A DNA stretch of 40,000 nt from Sulfurospirillum multivorans DSM 12446. Its GTDB lineage: Bacteria > Campylobacterota > Campylobacteria > Campylobacterales > Sulfurospirillaceae. Of this stretch, positions 17,523 through 26,513 are shown one piece after another. Positions within the stretch are counted from its first letter, which is position 1, and each line of letters opens with the position of its first letter. The stretch spans positions 1,705,654 through 1,745,653 of the forward strand of contig NZ_CP007201.1 in assembly GCF_000568815.1 (NCBI RefSeq), given 5' to 3'. The translations under genes were made by a program, and so were the position numbers. The notes below the pieces were generated by a model. It was not told where the DNA came from. It did no database searches and saw only the letters and a list, made by a program, of their open reading frames with translations.

Positions 17523-19053
17523 CTTCTTCTCCCTGCTTGACTTTATTATACAATGCGGCAAACAATGTTGCTCGATGATACGAATCTCTGGCATTAGTTT
17601 TATCATTTATAGTTAATTGCTTTTCAGATATTTTCAAATATCGATCTGCTTGTTCTAAGTAATAATCTTTCAATTCATTATCTGGAATTAAATCTTTGCA
17701 GTCTAAACATTCTAAATGATGTCCACAGCTTCTAATATCTGGGCAGAATCCAAGATTTGCAATTTTATGTGCTCTTGGATTGGATAATATTTTGTCTTTA
17801 GCTATATCATGCAGATTATGTATAATTTTCCCTTTAAATATATACTGGCTTGATAACTCTTTTGAATTTTCTAATACTTTTCTTTGTTCTTTTATCATAA
17901 AATTTAAAGAAGGCTCAGAGTATGCATCAATTGAATCATAAGTTCGATGATTTGCAAATTGTTGGAGCTGTGGAGTTGTCCAGCCAAATTCTGCACGAAT
18001 TGTTATACCCGTTTTTTTAAAATCCCGTGGAATTGCTCGTTTTGATTCTTCAATTCCTTCCTTCCTTTGAATAGCTCTAAAATAGTTAGATAGCATGTAA
18101 GTAGAAAGATATTGTATTGTACTAGTTTCATATTGGTACGTAAAAAGAAATCCTTTTTTACTAGCTTTTTCTTGTAGTTGCATACTAATATGTTGTTGTT
18201 TTTCTATAAGATTTATCAGCATTTTTTGCATGGGTTCATGTGAATTTAAAAAGCCTATTTTGTAATCTAGTTTTCCTCTATTCTTAGAGTTTTTAAGAAT
18301 AGCATGCTTTATAGTTACAATATCTTCTGAGAGTTTTTTAATGCAATCAAGAGGATAATTCAGAGTATCTTCAGGCCTTGTCCCAAATAAGCGCATAATC
18401 CAATATGCTACCCTTAGAAAAAGCAATGTTTCTTCTTTGCTAAAAATATTGTCAAGTTTTACAAGAATATCATTTTCAATGACTTTATATTTACTGTCTT
18501 TTGATTTTCTATCATAAGGATTTTCAATAGCTTCAATCCCTTGGATAAATGCTAATGAAGAGTGTCCATTTATTAAAGTATGGAATTTTAAAGCGCTTTT
18601 CAATAATACATGTTTATAAGACTCAGATAATAATTTCCCATTTTTTCCCCTTAATGAATCTAAGTAAAACATATAATGTTGAAATATCTCTTTTCTTATT
18701 TGCAATAAATTCAAATTTTCTTTAAATAAATAAATAAAGTATTTATGGAGATTTCTAATGATAGATTGATTGCCACCATTACTTATTACAATTACAGTAA
18801 ATAATTTTGCTATATATTTTCCTTCAGTACCTAAAAGATTGAATGAATATTTATATGACAAGCTATCAGGGTGTGATTTGTTAGATTTTTTATCCAGTAT
18901 CCAAGAATCTTCATGAAATGATGATGAAGAATATTTAGATAGCATTGTAATAATTTGATCTTCTGCCTCTTTTTCTTTATTTCGTTGTTCTTCAAGTATT
19001 GTTTTAAAGGCAAATTTTTGAATGTAAGTTATATTATTAGCAACTGCTACCAT
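17503..19053 (-). CDS. Large tyrosine recombinase-like protein (516 aa), third of the module
   Basis: FGTRPEDTL (Arg box) and ANHRTYDSIDAYS (His..Tyr tail). The C-terminal Cys cluster CPDIRSCGHHLECLDC parallels the one in the neighbouring recombinase. Overlaps the upstream gene by 17 nt. Confidence 0.7.
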   Translation of the reverse strand: MVAVANNITYIQKFAFKTILEEQRNKEKEAEDQIITMLSKYSSSSFHEDSWILDKKSNKSHPDSLSYKYSFNLLGTEGKYIAKLFTVIVISNGGNQSIIRNLHKYFIYLFKENLNLLQIRKEIFQHYMFYLDSLRGKNGKLLSESYKHVLLKSALKFHTLINGHSSLAFIQGIEAIENPYDRKSKDSKYKVIENDILVKLDNIFSKEETLLFLRVAYWIMRLFGTRPEDTLNYPLDCIKKLSEDIVTIKHAILKNSKNRGKLDYKIGFLNSHEPMQKMLINLIEKQQHISMQLQEKASKKGFLFTYQYETSTIQYLSTYMLSNYFRAIQRKEGIEESKRAIPRDFKKTGITIRAEFGWTTPQLQQFANHRTYDSIDAYSEPSLNFMIKEQRKVLENSKELSSQYIFKGKIIHNLHDIAKDKILSNPRAHKIANLGFCPDIRSCGHHLECLDCKDLIPDNELKDYYLEQADRYLKISEKQLTINDKTNARDSYHRATLFAALYNKVKQGEEDDKKKR

Positions 19054-19891
19054 TTTTTGCCTTTTGCACTGATAATAAGGTGTCTACTATACTCTTATAC
19101 GCATCTAATCGATGTTTTTGAATAGTATATTCCGCCCAAGTCGTATATTCATCTTTGGAAATTCCTTCATTTTCTAATGCATGAATCAATGCATCAAAGA
19201 TTATTTGTTGATTATCACGAAATTTAGTCCATGTATTCAAATAAGGAAGATCTGTTATAAGCCTTGCACAACTTGCGCAACTATCAGATGTTTGAAGCTT
19301 ACCGCACTCACCCATAATAGGATGTCTAATGCAATCACCATACTCCATTTTTCGTTTATGGATATATAGTTCCACAAATAAGTGCTCTTTTTCACTACGT
19401 GTATAAGTTTTTAAGTAGCTTTCATCAAACGAAATTTTAAAATGTCTTTTAAATAAATCTGTGTTCAGTTCTTCAATCTTTTTTTCCCTAATGAAAGCAT
19501 ATGCTCGCTCAGGAGTATGGTTTGTTAACCAACCAAAGAACGCTTTAATTTCCTCAGGAGCATGTCCTTTTTCTACCATTGTAGTAGCAAGCATAGAGCG
19601 CATTTGATAGGGTGTATAATTCCATAACTTATCTTCAAGGTCAGCCTTTATGTCATATTTTTGTATCAAGGAGTTTATTGCACGAATAAACTCTTTACTT
19701 GACGGAATATGAAACTTTACTTGATGTGCACGATTATTTGTCTTTCTAATAAAAATTGAATTACTATTGGACTCTTTCCTAATATTTTCACTTAGTGTCA
19801 CTTGTCTATAAAATGCATTTACAACATCTTCACTATATATAGGAACTTTTCGTATTGATTTTAATCCTTTTTTAGCATATGCTTTTTTTGT
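19037..19891 (-). pseudogene. Tyrosine recombinase 2, C-terminal catalytic portion (frame B)
   Basis: This frame is open from 19891 and reads TKKAYAKKGLKSIRKVPIYSED..., YQMRSMLATTM, FGWLTNHTPERAY. It is joined to the upstream frame only by a -1 shift at A AAA AAG (19882-19888). Confidence 0.75.
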
Positions 19892-21000
19892 TTATTAAGG
19901 AATATATTCAGAATATAACAATCAAGTTTTTTGTCATAAGCAAGTGAAGTGGGAGTTATATATGCAAGTTCGGAAGGTCTGCATCCTGTCGCAGACATAA
20001 TTAAAAAAGAATTCTTTATTTCTGGCGATAATTCATCAAGATGAAGACTAATTTGCAAGAAAACTTCTTCAGGTAAAGGCATTGTAGGAGTTTGTGCTAT
20101 ATTGTTTTTTATTGAAAAGGCTCTTGCTATTTTTTTGTAAATAACAAGTATTTCTTCAAAATCTGTACAATGATTAATTGCTTTTTGATTAGACATAAAT
20201 TTATAAAATGCAGAAATAGCATTTTTACATGTTCGTAGCGATTTAACATTGCTACTATGATTCAACCAATTGGCAATGTCTTGTTCTTTTATCTGCTTAA
20301 TATCAAGGTTGTTTATTTTAGATGTAATTTTTATATATTTAAAAAACTCTATTGCAATTTGAATCAGACGTTTATTTTTATCATTTGCCGCAATATATAA
20401 AGCATATGTTTTAATATCTGAACTAACTGTATCTTTTGCAATAATGTTGAGATTGAGATAAAAGCTTTGCCATTTATTATTTTTAATATAGCCTAAACGG
20501 TATTGTGTAGCGAATTTTGTAATGACTATTTTATTGAATATATTACTAAGTCTAATTTGTATTTGTTGATACTTCAATGATAACTGAATAAGTTTTTGAT
20601 AAATATTTTCATCGTAGAATCGTAGTTTTTTCAAAAAATTATTTTCTTGTTCAATATGAATTTGGAGTACTTTAGATAAAGAAATTTCATGATTATTGAG
20701 TAGTTGTTTTCTAAAGCTTTTTTTGATTAATGCAAACATTTCTTTTGGAAAAATTGCAAATGCATACATCATTGGAGTTGAAGTGCCAATGTTGAATTCT
20801 TTGGCTATAGATTTTAAAGTTCCATTTTCTCTAAACACTTGTTTAATACCATCAATCATCTTAAGTGTCATATGTATATTTTTATGTAAACTGAATGAAA
20901 AGTGAAAATCAAGTGTAATATTTCTCCAACCTTGATTCATATAATTGACTTTAGCATAATATCTTGTTGTTGGACAAACTCTTAATGGTAAAGAATTGTC
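19861..21000 (-). pseudogene. Tyrosine recombinase 2, middle portion (frame A) between the TIR-element insertion and the frameshift site
   Basis: Contains SATGCRPSELAYI (Arg box). The apparent TTG start of the track ORF at 21024 lies inside the element's TIR. The frame continues in phase from 26514..26971 once the element is removed. Confidence 0.75.
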
Positions 21001-21063
21001 CGATATTATGTAGCACGCGCACAAGACTTTTAGTCTGATTTCTCGTTAGACTTTCACTTAAAA
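21001..21063 (+). repeat. Left terminal inverted repeat
   Basis: CGATATTATGTAGCACGCGCACAAGACTTTTAGTCTGATTTCTCGTTAGACTTTCACTTAAAA. Contains an internal AGTCT..AGACT stem. Confidence 0.9.
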
Positions 21064-21077
21064 AGTGAGGTCACAAC

Positions 21078-21515
21078 ATGTCAACAAATCCAATTATATC
21101 AGGGCTATTAGATAAGAAAAAAGAGATACTTGGTAGCATTGAAGGTTATGAAGCATTAATTAAAAAAGCTCGTTTAAATCTTAGTGTTTTAAATCAAACT
21201 ATTGCTCTTTTTGATGAATCTTATACTAAAACTTCCACTCGTAAAATGCCACATCGTTATTTTGAAACAGGAGAAGCGAAAAAGCTTATCCTAGACGTAC
21301 TAAAATCATCTGATGTGCCACTGAAAACCAATGAAATTGCTTTACGTGTTGCAGAGAAAAAAGGTATTCCGTTAGACAATGAAGCACAGCAACACAACTT
21401 TCAAAAAACTATCATTGCATCACTTTCAACCATTGAGGCTTCTGGCTTAGTTCAAAAAGTAGGAAAAGATGGCTTAATGATCATTTGGAAAATAAAAGAG
21501 TTAGATAGTAAATAA
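21078..21515 (+). CDS. Hypothetical protein (145 aa), first cargo gene after the left TIR
   Basis: RBS GTGAGG precedes the ATG. The C-terminal part (KTNEIALRVAEKKGIPL...LVQKVGKDG) is possibly winged-helix-like, but this is weak. Confidence 0.55.
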   Translation: MSTNPIISGLLDKKKEILGSIEGYEALIKKARLNLSVLNQTIALFDESYTKTSTRKMPHRYFETGEAKKLILDVLKSSDVPLKTNEIALRVAEKKGIPLDNEAQQHNFQKTIIASLSTIEASGLVQKVGKDGLMIIWKIKELDSK

Positions 21516-21596
21516 ACAAAAATCAACTAAGCATATATTTTCGCTGTATAATATTAGATGGTTAAACGCTTATAATGTTAAAAGGATAAAACGATA

Positions 21597-21845
21597 ATGA
21601 GTGAAAGTCTTTTAGACAAAATTTTAAGTGATGAGACTTTTGAAGGGCTGCCTTTGAAGTTACACAAAGAGGGTAAAAACGTTATTTTATGCGCTGATGG
21701 AATACCTAACGGCGGTATATATATTGTTTATCCCAATAAAAAAGCGTGCCTTATAAGTTACGATAACACATTGAAAAAAAGTGTACTTGGTCGAGAATTG
21801 ACAGAAGCCGAGTATCAAATTATTGGTATAGAACACTACCAATAA
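21597..21845 (+). CDS. Hypothetical protein (82 aa)
   Basis: ORF only. Converges on the transposase gene with a 6-nt gap. Confidence 0.4.
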   Translation: MSESLLDKILSDETFEGLPLKLHKEGKNVILCADGIPNGGIYIVYPNKKACLISYDNTLKKSVLGRELTEAEYQIIGIEHYQ

Positions 21846-21851
21846 TTCATT

Positions 21852-22868
21852 TTATGCACCAAGTCTTTCACTTACTCTCTTGTTGCCTTGCCAATAGCCA
21901 CAAAACTCATTGGATACAGGGGCGTGAAGTGCTTTTGTAAGAATGTCACGAAAAATAGCTCCATTACTCCAACGTCTTGTATCTTCTCTATAAGCAATTT
22001 CATTGGCATAGTTTGAAAGATAAAGATTGCCCACTTTATGAAGTTGTCCATATTGCATACGACGAAACCGTGCATTATAGCTCTCACTTTGGTTGTTATT
22101 TTCACCATTATCACCACGGTATTCAATTTGGTGATTAACACGTCTCATTGTATAGTGAGCATGAAGATCATCATACGCATTTGATTCATCTGCATGAATG
22201 GCAGTTCCTGCTTTGATATGATTGTAGGCAATAGTTCTAATGTCAGTAGCATTTTCAGATTTGAGAACAAAGGTTTTTGTTTTAATAGCACCAATAGCCT
22301 CATCACTAAGCGTTGCACGCTGTCTTACAGAGATAATAACACGTTTATTGGGTTTGAAAACTTTACGTCTATCAACTCTATCATCAATGTTGTTTGCAGG
22401 TCGTATATACCCATTGACGTAAACACCATCCATCTCAACGGTTCCCTCGAATTTATCTTGAAGATTATACTCCATCAATGATTCTCTAATTTTATGTGTT
22501 AAAACCCATGCTGTTTTGTATTGCACATCTAAATCACGAGAGAGTTGTAACGCACTGATAGATTTTGCAGCATTGGTAAAAAGTGCAATGGCTAAAAGGT
22601 AAGTTTGCAAAGAGAGTTTATGTCCTGCGAACACAGTGCCACTGGTAACACTAAACGTATGGAAGCATTCACGGCAACGAAACTGCATACGTGTTTTTAG
22701 AAAAAATGGTTTTTTAACACTTCCACAACAAGGGCATACTGGCTCACCATTAGTATCTGACCATCGAATAGACTTCATCAATTCAAAGGCTTCCATGTCA
22801 CTCATTTTTACTATTTTCGTTAGTGATAAGTTTCTAGCTTGTGCAGAAAGTAAGAAATGTTGTGACAT
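21852..22868 (-). CDS. IS1595-family (ISXO2-like) transposase, 338 aa
   Basis: N-terminal Zn-ribbon (CPCCGS...CRECFHTFSVTSGT), helix block LQLSRDLDVQYKTAWVLTHKIRE, and a DDE-type region (VEMDGVYV...). Confidence 0.8.
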   Translation of the reverse strand: MSQHFLLSAQARNLSLTKIVKMSDMEAFELMKSIRWSDTNGEPVCPCCGSVKKPFFLKTRMQFRCRECFHTFSVTSGTVFAGHKLSLQTYLLAIALFTNAAKSISALQLSRDLDVQYKTAWVLTHKIRESLMEYNLQDKFEGTVEMDGVYVNGYIRPANNIDDRVDRRKVFKPNKRVIISVRQRATLSDEAIGAIKTKTFVLKSENATDIRTIAYNHIKAGTAIHADESNAYDDLHAHYTMRRVNHQIEYRGDNGENNNQSESYNARFRRMQYGQLHKVGNLYLSNYANEIAYREDTRRWSNGAIFRDILTKALHAPVSNEFCGYWQGNKRVSERLGA

Positions 22869-23021
22869 TTTGAGTCCTCTTATTTATTTATATCAATATT
22901 ATACATAAATATGTATAATAAAAACTTAAATATTTCATATAAATATCTATAAAATACATATTTATATTATTTAATGATATATATAAGCTTAAAATAAGTA
23001 ACTTTACGATAACATACCTTT

Positions 23022-23273
23022 ATGGAACTAAATGACTTAATCAATAAAATACACAAACTCATTGAAGCAAAAGAGCTTAAGAAAATCATTAAGCAAGAGG
23101 AAATGGCAAAACGTATTGGTGTAAAACCAAGAACCTACACTGAATATATTAGAGGTACGAATAAGCCATTAGCTATGAAAGCGCTTCTTAATATGCTTAA
23201 TGAACTTGATAATGATGATATAGTGAAAGTGGTTAGATCTTGGAAATCAACTGAAACTAAAGAAGTAGAATAA
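23022..23273 (+). CDS. Small HTH protein (83 aa), candidate R-M controller (C) protein
   Basis: HTH-like QEEMAKRIGVKPRTYTEYIRG. Its size and position directly upstream of the M and R genes fit a C protein. Confidence 0.5.
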   Translation: MELNDLINKIHKLIEAKELKKIIKQEEMAKRIGVKPRTYTEYIRGTNKPLAMKALLNMLNELDNDDIVKVVRSWKSTETKEVE

Positions 23274-23328
23274 TTGTAATTTATTACAAAATGAAATATT
23301 TTTAGAATTTATTATCTTCATTTTGTAA
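23274..23328 (+). promoter_or_regulatory. Clustered TTGTAA/TTACAA inverted repeats between the HTH and methylase genes
   Basis: TTGTAA-ttta-TTACAA at 23274-23289. A 12-bp perfect inverted repeat is formed by TTACAAAATGAA (23284-23295) and TTCATTTTGTAA (23317-23328). Confidence 0.4.
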
Positions 23329-23353
23329 TATATAAAAAATAAAAGGACAAAAT

Positions 23354-24172
23354 ATGTGTAAACCAATACTTAAATGGGTAGGCGGGAAAAGGCAGTTAAT
23401 GGCTGACCTTAAAAGATTAATGCCTAAAAAGTATAATAGATATTTTGAGCCGTTTATAGGTGGGGGTGCTTTATTCTTTGAATTAAAGCCTCAAAATGCT
23501 TTTATAAATGACTATAATAGTGAGCTTACCAATTTATATACTATAGTAAGAGATAAGCCTGAAGAACTTATTGAAAGCGTATGTAAACATAAAAATGAAT
23601 CAGAATATTATTACAACATAAGAGCTTTAGATAGAGATAAAAAGGTGTTTAAGTCACTGACTAATATTGAAAAAGCAAGTAGATTTATTTATCTTAATAA
23701 AGTGGGATTTAACGGGCTATATAGAGTAAATTCTCAAGGTCAATGTAATGTCCCTTTTGGTAGATATTCAAAACCAAGTTATTGTGACCCAGATAATATA
23801 AGAGCTTGTAGCGAATTACTAAAAAATACTGAAATTTCCACTGGGGATTTTGACCTGATTAAAGATAAAGTACAAGAAGGAGATCTTGTGTATCTTGATC
23901 CTCCTTATGTTCCTTTAAATGCAACTTCTAGCTTTACAGGTTATACAGACAAAGGCTTTGATGAAGATATGCAATTAAGACTTCGAGAATTATGTGATCA
24001 CATAGATGAAAAAGGAGCATACTTTATGCTTTCCAACTCATATACCGACTATATCCTTGAATTATATGATGTTGAAGGATATAAAATTCATACAGTGAAA
24101 GCAGATAGAAGCATTAATTCAAAAGCATCTGGTCGAGGGAAAGTTAAAGAAGTAATTGTAACTAATTATTAG
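23354..24172 (+). CDS. Dam/D12-class N6-adenine DNA methyltransferase
   Basis: KWVGGKRQL, FEPFIGGGALFF (AdoMet site) and YLDPPY (catalytic DPPY). Confidence 0.9.
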   Translation: MCKPILKWVGGKRQLMADLKRLMPKKYNRYFEPFIGGGALFFELKPQNAFINDYNSELTNLYTIVRDKPEELIESVCKHKNESEYYYNIRALDRDKKVFKSLTNIEKASRFIYLNKVGFNGLYRVNSQGQCNVPFGRYSKPSYCDPDNIRACSELLKNTEISTGDFDLIKDKVQEGDLVYLDPPYVPLNATSSFTGYTDKGFDEDMQLRLRELCDHIDEKGAYFMLSNSYTDYILELYDVEGYKIHTVKADRSINSKASGRGKVKEVIVTNY

Positions 24173-24181
24173 GGATAGATT

Positions 24182-25417
24182 ATGACAAAAATATCAAATA
24201 ATGATGCGTGGACTAACATATTTGATGATTTAAAAATTTTAGATAAAATCACTATTGATAGCTATTTCGATATTAGTGCAGATGAAATAAAAAGAAGAGA
24301 TGGCAAAGAAGCGCGACTCATGACGAAAATTGATCATAGAGAGCATTTACCTACTGTGATGCAAGAGAATGGATTATCAATCCTTGCTATTCAGAATGGA
24401 CTTTATCGTATTGCACGTACTGACCCATTCATTAATATTGAGAAAGAACCACAATGTCATGTAAAAATTATCCAACAGCCAACTAATGGCATTATCACTT
24501 TAGACCCTTTAAATATTCAAAGTGAATCCGCTGCACTTGATATAGCAAATATTTCAAACATTCTTGATGACGTGTTTGGAGAAAAAACTCTACTTACAAT
24601 ACGTGGTCGATTGAGAGGGGAGCTTTCCTTTAGCCTAAACTCTATCCCCTATGATATTAATGGTGTACAAATTGAAGTAGATGGTGGGTATGAGGGAGCG
24701 AAAAGTGTAAACCTTATTGAAGCAAAGTTGGGATATCGAGGAAATATAAACATTAGGCAGTTGTTATATCCTGAGCTTTTCTGGAAAAATCAATTACGTG
24801 GTCGAAGAAAAGAAGTTAAAAGCTTTATTTTTTATTATCAAGATGATATTTTTAGATTTATTCCTTTCAAATATGACGGCAATATTATAACAGCATCACA
24901 TGAAGAAGAAAAAGCTTTTGCTTTTAGTAGGGTATCAACTTTTCAGCTATCAAATATTGAGCAACCTACCAGATTATTGGTTAATGATGAAATCCCATTT
25001 CCTCAAGCTGATGATTTTGAAAAAATTCATGCAATCTTTTTAAATATTCAGAATGAGGAATGCCCACAAAAAGTAAATATTATTGGTAATTTTGATATTG
25101 AACTTGTTGAAAGACAATACGATTACTATTTTAATGTTCTAAGATGGATGAACCTTTGTACGGTTTGGAATGGATGTATTGCATTAACAGAACAAGGAAA
25201 ATACTTATTATCGTTAAATATTGAAAAGCGAATGGAAGAATTTACTCGCATTATTTTTTCAGAAACAATTTGCTACAAGGTACTCAAAGGGTTACCTCAG
25301 AATGAAGCTGATTTTGCAAGATATCATATCAGTGGTTCAACTATAAAACGAAGATTATCTACTATTCGTTCATGGATTAAGTATTTTAATAATTTTTTTG
25401 AAAAGAAATTATTTTGA
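24182..25417 (+). CDS. Putative type II restriction endonuclease (411 aa)
   Basis: Immediately follows the methylase. PD-(D/E)xK-like motif VDGGYEGAKSVNLIEAKLG. Specificity cannot be inferred. Confidence 0.55.
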   Translation: MTKISNNDAWTNIFDDLKILDKITIDSYFDISADEIKRRDGKEARLMTKIDHREHLPTVMQENGLSILAIQNGLYRIARTDPFINIEKEPQCHVKIIQQPTNGIITLDPLNIQSESAALDIANISNILDDVFGEKTLLTIRGRLRGELSFSLNSIPYDINGVQIEVDGGYEGAKSVNLIEAKLGYRGNINIRQLLYPELFWKNQLRGRRKEVKSFIFYYQDDIFRFIPFKYDGNIITASHEEEKAFAFSRVSTFQLSNIEQPTRLLVNDEIPFPQADDFEKIHAIFLNIQNEECPQKVNIIGNFDIELVERQYDYYFNVLRWMNLCTVWNGCIALTEQGKYLLSLNIEKRMEEFTRIIFSETICYKVLKGLPQNEADFARYHISGSTIKRRLSTIRSWIKYFNNFFEKKLF

Positions 25418-25605
25418 GTGCAGATATTCATACAATTGAATACGATAAACAAACAGGCAAGATAACTCTAAATATTTACTCCAGTGATAACTTTTTAGAA
25501 TCACAAATAGATATTACAGAGCAAGTAACGACTTTGGTTTTGGAGAAATTATACGATGAGTATCAATTGAGTATTGGTGATGAATTAGTCATCACCAAAC
25601 ATTAA
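25414..25605 (+). CDS. Hypothetical protein (63 aa), coupled to the endonuclease gene
   Basis: Start overlaps the upstream stop (TTGA; TTG start codon). No motif recognised. Confidence 0.4.
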   Translation: MSADIHTIEYDKQTGKITLNIYSSDNFLESQIDITEQVTTLVLEKLYDEYQLSIGDELVITKH

Positions 25606-25853
25606 TTATTTATTGAATTTTGACCATCTGTATAGCCTAATTCGAAAGCCTCTTGAGCATTTTTATGTCGTACTGTTCCTGCTTGACTGTCTGGGAGTAC
25701 TGATAAATCTATTACGTTTGGAAGTCCATTTTGCCCTGCATTAAAGCCAATATCATAAGCACATCCACAACATTTATGACGCTTTTCTCCACTTTGAGCA
25801 TCATTTAGCCCATCAAATTTTGGATCGTATCTATGACCATGTGTACAAACCAT
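25602..25853 (-). CDS. Hypothetical Cys/His-containing protein (83 aa)
   Basis: ORF with HGH and KCCGC motifs. The palindrome TAGAAAT-ga-ATTTCTA lies just upstream. Confidence 0.4.
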   Translation of the reverse strand: MVCTHGHRYDPKFDGLNDAQSGEKRHKCCGCAYDIGFNAGQNGLPNVIDLSVLPDSQAGTVRHKNAQEAFELGYTDGQNSINN

Positions 25854-25950
25854 TTTAATTCCTTTAGAAATGAATTTCTAACATTATAAATCAATCAAAA
25901 TGTTTTTTTACTTAATTTAACTATTAAATTCTTACTAAATAATCAAAATT

Positions 25951-26238
25951 TTAAAACTTTTCATATAAATCTAATAAAACAACATTTTGATTCAATAGAC
26001 TATCTGTTCTGCTAATAAGCAAATCCAATTCAATATTCTCATTCATCTCTGGGGCACTTGCATCAATAAGAACTTGGCTCAGTTCAACAATTTTGTGAAA
26101 AGTGTCAAAATGCCTGTACTCATCTTTTTTAGTTAATAACTGATCTAAAGCTTTTTGACATTCTGTTCGCATGTGAATCAAGTTATTCAATGCTTGTGTT
26201 TGCATAGCTGTTGCTTCCAAGTAGTATCCTTTTTGCAA
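25951..26238 (-). CDS. Hypothetical helical protein (95 aa)
   Basis: ORF only. Confidence 0.4.
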   Translation of the reverse strand: MQKGYYLEATAMQTQALNNLIHMRTECQKALDQLLTKKDEYRHFDTFHKIVELSQVLIDASAPEMNENIELDLLISRTDSLLNQNVVLLDLYEKF

Positions 26239-26450
26239 AATGGGCTTGAAATATTGTGATATTTTAGCGTATAATTATATCGGAATAGTATTTTTGGCTC
26301 CACATCTGTGCTTGAGCTGTTTCACTTTTAGTGGATACTATTTCAAAGCACTCTTTGACGTAATAAAAAGATTACGCTCAGTCGAATCATATAGGTTGGA
26401 GTGCTTTATTCTCCTCTTTCCTTCTTGTTATCTACAACATTAATCCATTA

Positions 26451-26513
26451 TTTTAAGTGAAAGTCTAACGAGAAATCAGGCTAAAAGTCTTGTGCGCGTG
26501 CTACATAATATCG
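26451..26513 (-). repeat. Right terminal inverted repeat
   Basis: Its reverse complement is identical to 21001-21063 except for one T/C difference at repeat position 34. Confidence 0.9.

Larger units (their letters stand above)
21001..26513. mobile_element. 5513-bp transposon-like element with 63-bp TIRs and 8-bp TSD GAATTGTC, carrying an IS1595-type transposase and an R-M cassette
   Basis: 21001-21063 equals the reverse complement of 26451-26513 at 62 of 63 positions. GAATTGTC lies at 20993-21000 and 26514-26521. In-silico excision restores one continuous reading frame across the junction (..DNGFTDNSLPLRV..). Confidence 0.85.

Noticed and set aside
19868-19889. T6/T7 tracts (plus strand) in recombinase 2 as a classical phase-variation switch
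   Set aside because: Tracts of 6-7 A/T are short for efficient slipped-strand switching. The coincidence with the A AAA AAG heptamer is reported separately. I cannot distinguish mutation from recoding using the sequence alone.
21828-23018. Possible private IRs for the inner IS1595-type transposase (GGTATAGAACAC.. at about 21828 and the reverse complement of ..CATACC at about 23018, both starting GGTAT)
   Set aside because: Similarity beyond GGTAT is patchy (about 12 of 17 in one stretch). The flanking 8-mers (AAATTATT and TTTATGGA) do not form a TSD. The putative ends would cut into ORF 21597..21845. I cannot support a nested IS, so I favour the 63-bp TIRs as the mobile unit's ends.
26240-26443. 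67-aa plus-strand track ORF inside the right end of the TIR element
   Set aside because: No RBS, and hydrophobic low-complexity translation of AT-rich spacer. The region is better explained as promoter or structured DNA.
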